From Eledone cirrhosa (Eukaryota): DNA of 64,000 nucleotides. The position numbers and the translations under genes were made by a program. Shown one piece after another: positions 61,562 to 64,000 of the stretch. The DNA lies in contig OZ024754.1 in the NCBI GenBank assembly GCA_964016885.1, positions 15,996,001 to 16,060,000 of the forward strand, written 5' to 3'. Positions within the stretch are counted from its first letter, which is position 1. Every line of letters starts with the position of its first letter. The notes beneath the pieces were generated by a model. It made no database searches. It saw nothing but the letters and a program-made list of their open reading frames with translations, and was not told where the DNA came from.

Positions 61562-64000
61562 ATCATCATCATCATCATCATCGTTTAACGTCCATCTTCT
61601 ACGCTAGCATGGGTTTGGACGGGAATTGTCCCACTTGAGGCAAGATTGGATGGGAGACCATGTCTCGCTCGTATAGGACTGTCTGGCAGGTTTTCTATGG
61701 TTGGATGCCCTTCCTAACACCAACCACATTTACAGTGTGGACTGGGAGGTTTTTACCGTGTTACCTACAAGGTCGCATTACAGCGGGGACTGTGTGTTTT
61801 TTTTTGTCGTGACACCTACACGACCTCATTTATTTTGGACTGGATGTTGTGGTACCAACTTTACAGAGAGAGGGTGGTGTTGGTAAGAGTGGGGGTGGTG
61901 GAGTAGGGGTAGTGGGATGGGGGTGTATATTTGGTTACCAGGTGCCTACTGACTGTAGGTTTCGCTATGTACATAGGCAAGGCGGGTCTTCTGTATTACT
62001 GCGTAGCGCCAAAGATCTTGGTCCAGTGTAAGGTCGGAATTTATCAAATTGTCCCAGGTTTTTCTGGGTCTGCCTACTCCATAACTTCCATCAATTTTGA
62101 TCGCCCTGCACTTTTTTATACAGCTGTCGTCTTTCATCCGCATCACGTGACCATACCAACGTAGTCTTCTCTCGAGTAAACTGCATCCCTCTTATTCCTA
62201 ATTTCTCACTTAGTTCATTTATGCTTTGCCGTTCACGTACACATCCAACAGAGCATGCATGCTTCGTTCCTTTCCAGTCTGCGCAGGTCCTCTGCACACA
62301 ATGCCCATGTCTCACTGCCATGTAACATTGCTGTTCATATGCAGGCATCATACACTCTGCCTTTCATTTTTAGAGAGAAACCTTTAGTGGCCAATAGTGG
62401 TATAAGCTCTCTGAACTTTTTCCATCCCATTCTGACTCTGGCTACTGCAATTTCTGAGCACCCTCCACCACTGCTGATCTTGTCACCCAGGTAACGGAAG
62501 GTGTCCACTATTTCTATATTCTATATTCCATGTTTGGAATTTCTTCTCTAGTTCAGCCATCGATTCAGCTATGAGAGTTAGATCATCAGCGTATAGAATT
62601 TCCCATGGGCAGCCGGTCTTGAACTCCTCTGTTATAGCCTGAAGGGCAATAATAAATAGGAGGGGGCTAAGGACAGAGCCTTGATGAACACCAACTTTTA
62701 CTCTAAATTCTTCACTATATCCATTGTTAATTGTAACCTTGCTGACTGTTTCTTTATACATGGTTTGTATAGCTCTCACAAGCCATTCATCAACACCTAG
62801 TTTTCTAAGAGCCCACCGGATAATGGAGCGGGGGACTCTGTCAAAGGCTTTCTCCAAGTCAACAAAAGCTAAGTAGAGGGGTTTACTTTTAGCTAGGTAC
62901 TTCTCCTGTAGTTGTTGTACAAGCGTCTGTGGTACTTTTACCTGACACAAACCCAACCTGCATTTCATCTAGATCAATATGCTCTCTGATTAGTTGCGCT
63001 ATAACTCTTTCTGTGACCTTCATGACCTGGTCAACTAATTTAATGCCTCTGTAGTTTCCCCTATCTAGAGCATCTCCTTTACCCTTGTTGCAGTTAATGA
63101 TGATGCTGCTACGCCAGTCATTTGGTATGATCCCATTCTGTATTACTTGGTTTACTATCTGGGTGACCATAGTATGACCCACCATTCCAGATGCTTTCAG
63201 CATTTCAGCAACTATCTCCAAAGGCCCAGCTGCCTTGCCTGTCTTCATATCTTTGATTGCCTTACTTATTAACTACCTTTAACTTGTGCTTGATTGACTC
63301 CTCCACCTTACTATTCCACGACCAAGTTACTCTCCTCCTGCCTATAGGTCTGCTCCAGCCACAGATTTCATCTGTCACCTTCAGTAGGTTTGCTTTCAGG
63401 AATTCCCACTGTTCCTCTATATTGTACGTCTCTAATTGCTCTTCCTTACTGTCAAAAGCATCAAGTAATATGCTTTTAAATTTGTTACTGGCTGTGGGGT
63501 CCTTTAACTTCCATATTCTTCTCCTCAGAGTAGTCCTCCTCTGTTGTCGAGTACGTCTAGTCCTGACTATGAGGTCACTAACTATGAGGCTATGTTGGGA
63601 GGTGCATTTTTCACTGGGGAGGGATTTAGTGTTTATGACACTTTGTCATGTCTTCTGGTAAGGATATAATCTATCTGACTGGCGTGTTCCCCTGATCTAT
63701 AGGTGATCAAGTGATTGTCTCGTTTTTTGAAGTTTGTGTTACAGATAGTTAGGTTATTAGCGTCACAGAATTCCAGGATTCTGAAGCCTTCCTCATTTCT
63801 AGTACCAAACCCATAGCCTCCATGGATTCCGTCATAGCCGTCACAATGTTATCCAACATGACCATTTAGATCACCAGCAATAATTATGTAGTCACTGTCG
63901 GTTATTTGGGAGGTAGTGAGCATTAGCGACTCATAGAATCTGTCTTTTATAATGCCAGGTAGTCTAGATTGGGGTGTGTAAGCAGATATTATTGTCACAG
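61562..64000 (-). mobile_element. RTE-clade LINE with APE and RT, internally deleted, continuing past the right edge
   Basis: APE: IISAYTPQ, AGDLNGHVG, RNEEG, SQIDYIL. RT: GKAAGP, NYRGIKL, FVDLEKAFDRVP, GVHQGSVLSPLLF, ILYADDL. (gat)n tail at 61562. Confidence 0.92.

Noticed and set aside
59860-64000. First coding exon of the GhrA-like gene
   Set aside because: No convincing ATG exon with a phase-1 donor was found; the region is mostly repeats, so the exon probably lies beyond the window.

Overview
AT-rich, repeat-dense eukaryotic DNA. The SINE/LINE/MITE repertoire looks like that of an octopod cephalopod (inferred from recalled repeat consensus sequences, not proven). Four intron-rich genes were rebuilt by hand with phase-consistent GT-AG splice sites: the 5' part of a shugoshin gene (-, runs off the left edge), a complete 8-exon OVCA2/FSH1-type serine hydrolase (+, 234 aa), a complete 17-exon GCN5/PCAF (KAT2) acetyltransferase (-, 857 aa), and 9 exons of a GhrA-like D-2-hydroxyacid dehydrogenase (-, first exon not found). 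Introns hold RTE, CR1 and CRE LINE fragments, two Helitrons, piggyBac-type and Tc1/mariner MITEs, SINEs and large minisatellites. Highlights: (1) a 1.4 kb fold-back Penelope-like element with a GIY-YIG remnant and two inverted minimal hammerhead ribozymes, ending about 30 nt from a splice acceptor; (2) a duplicated ETS-CRE motif in KAT2 intron 9 ahead of a 42-codon ORF whose donor is in phase with the HAT exons, suggesting a short Gcn5 isoform; (3) KAT2-shugoshin linkage like human KAT2B-SGO1; (4) a retrozyme-like partial tandem repeat. Most ORFs in the supplied track are repeat artefacts. Coordinates were counted by hand; repeat boundaries are approximate.
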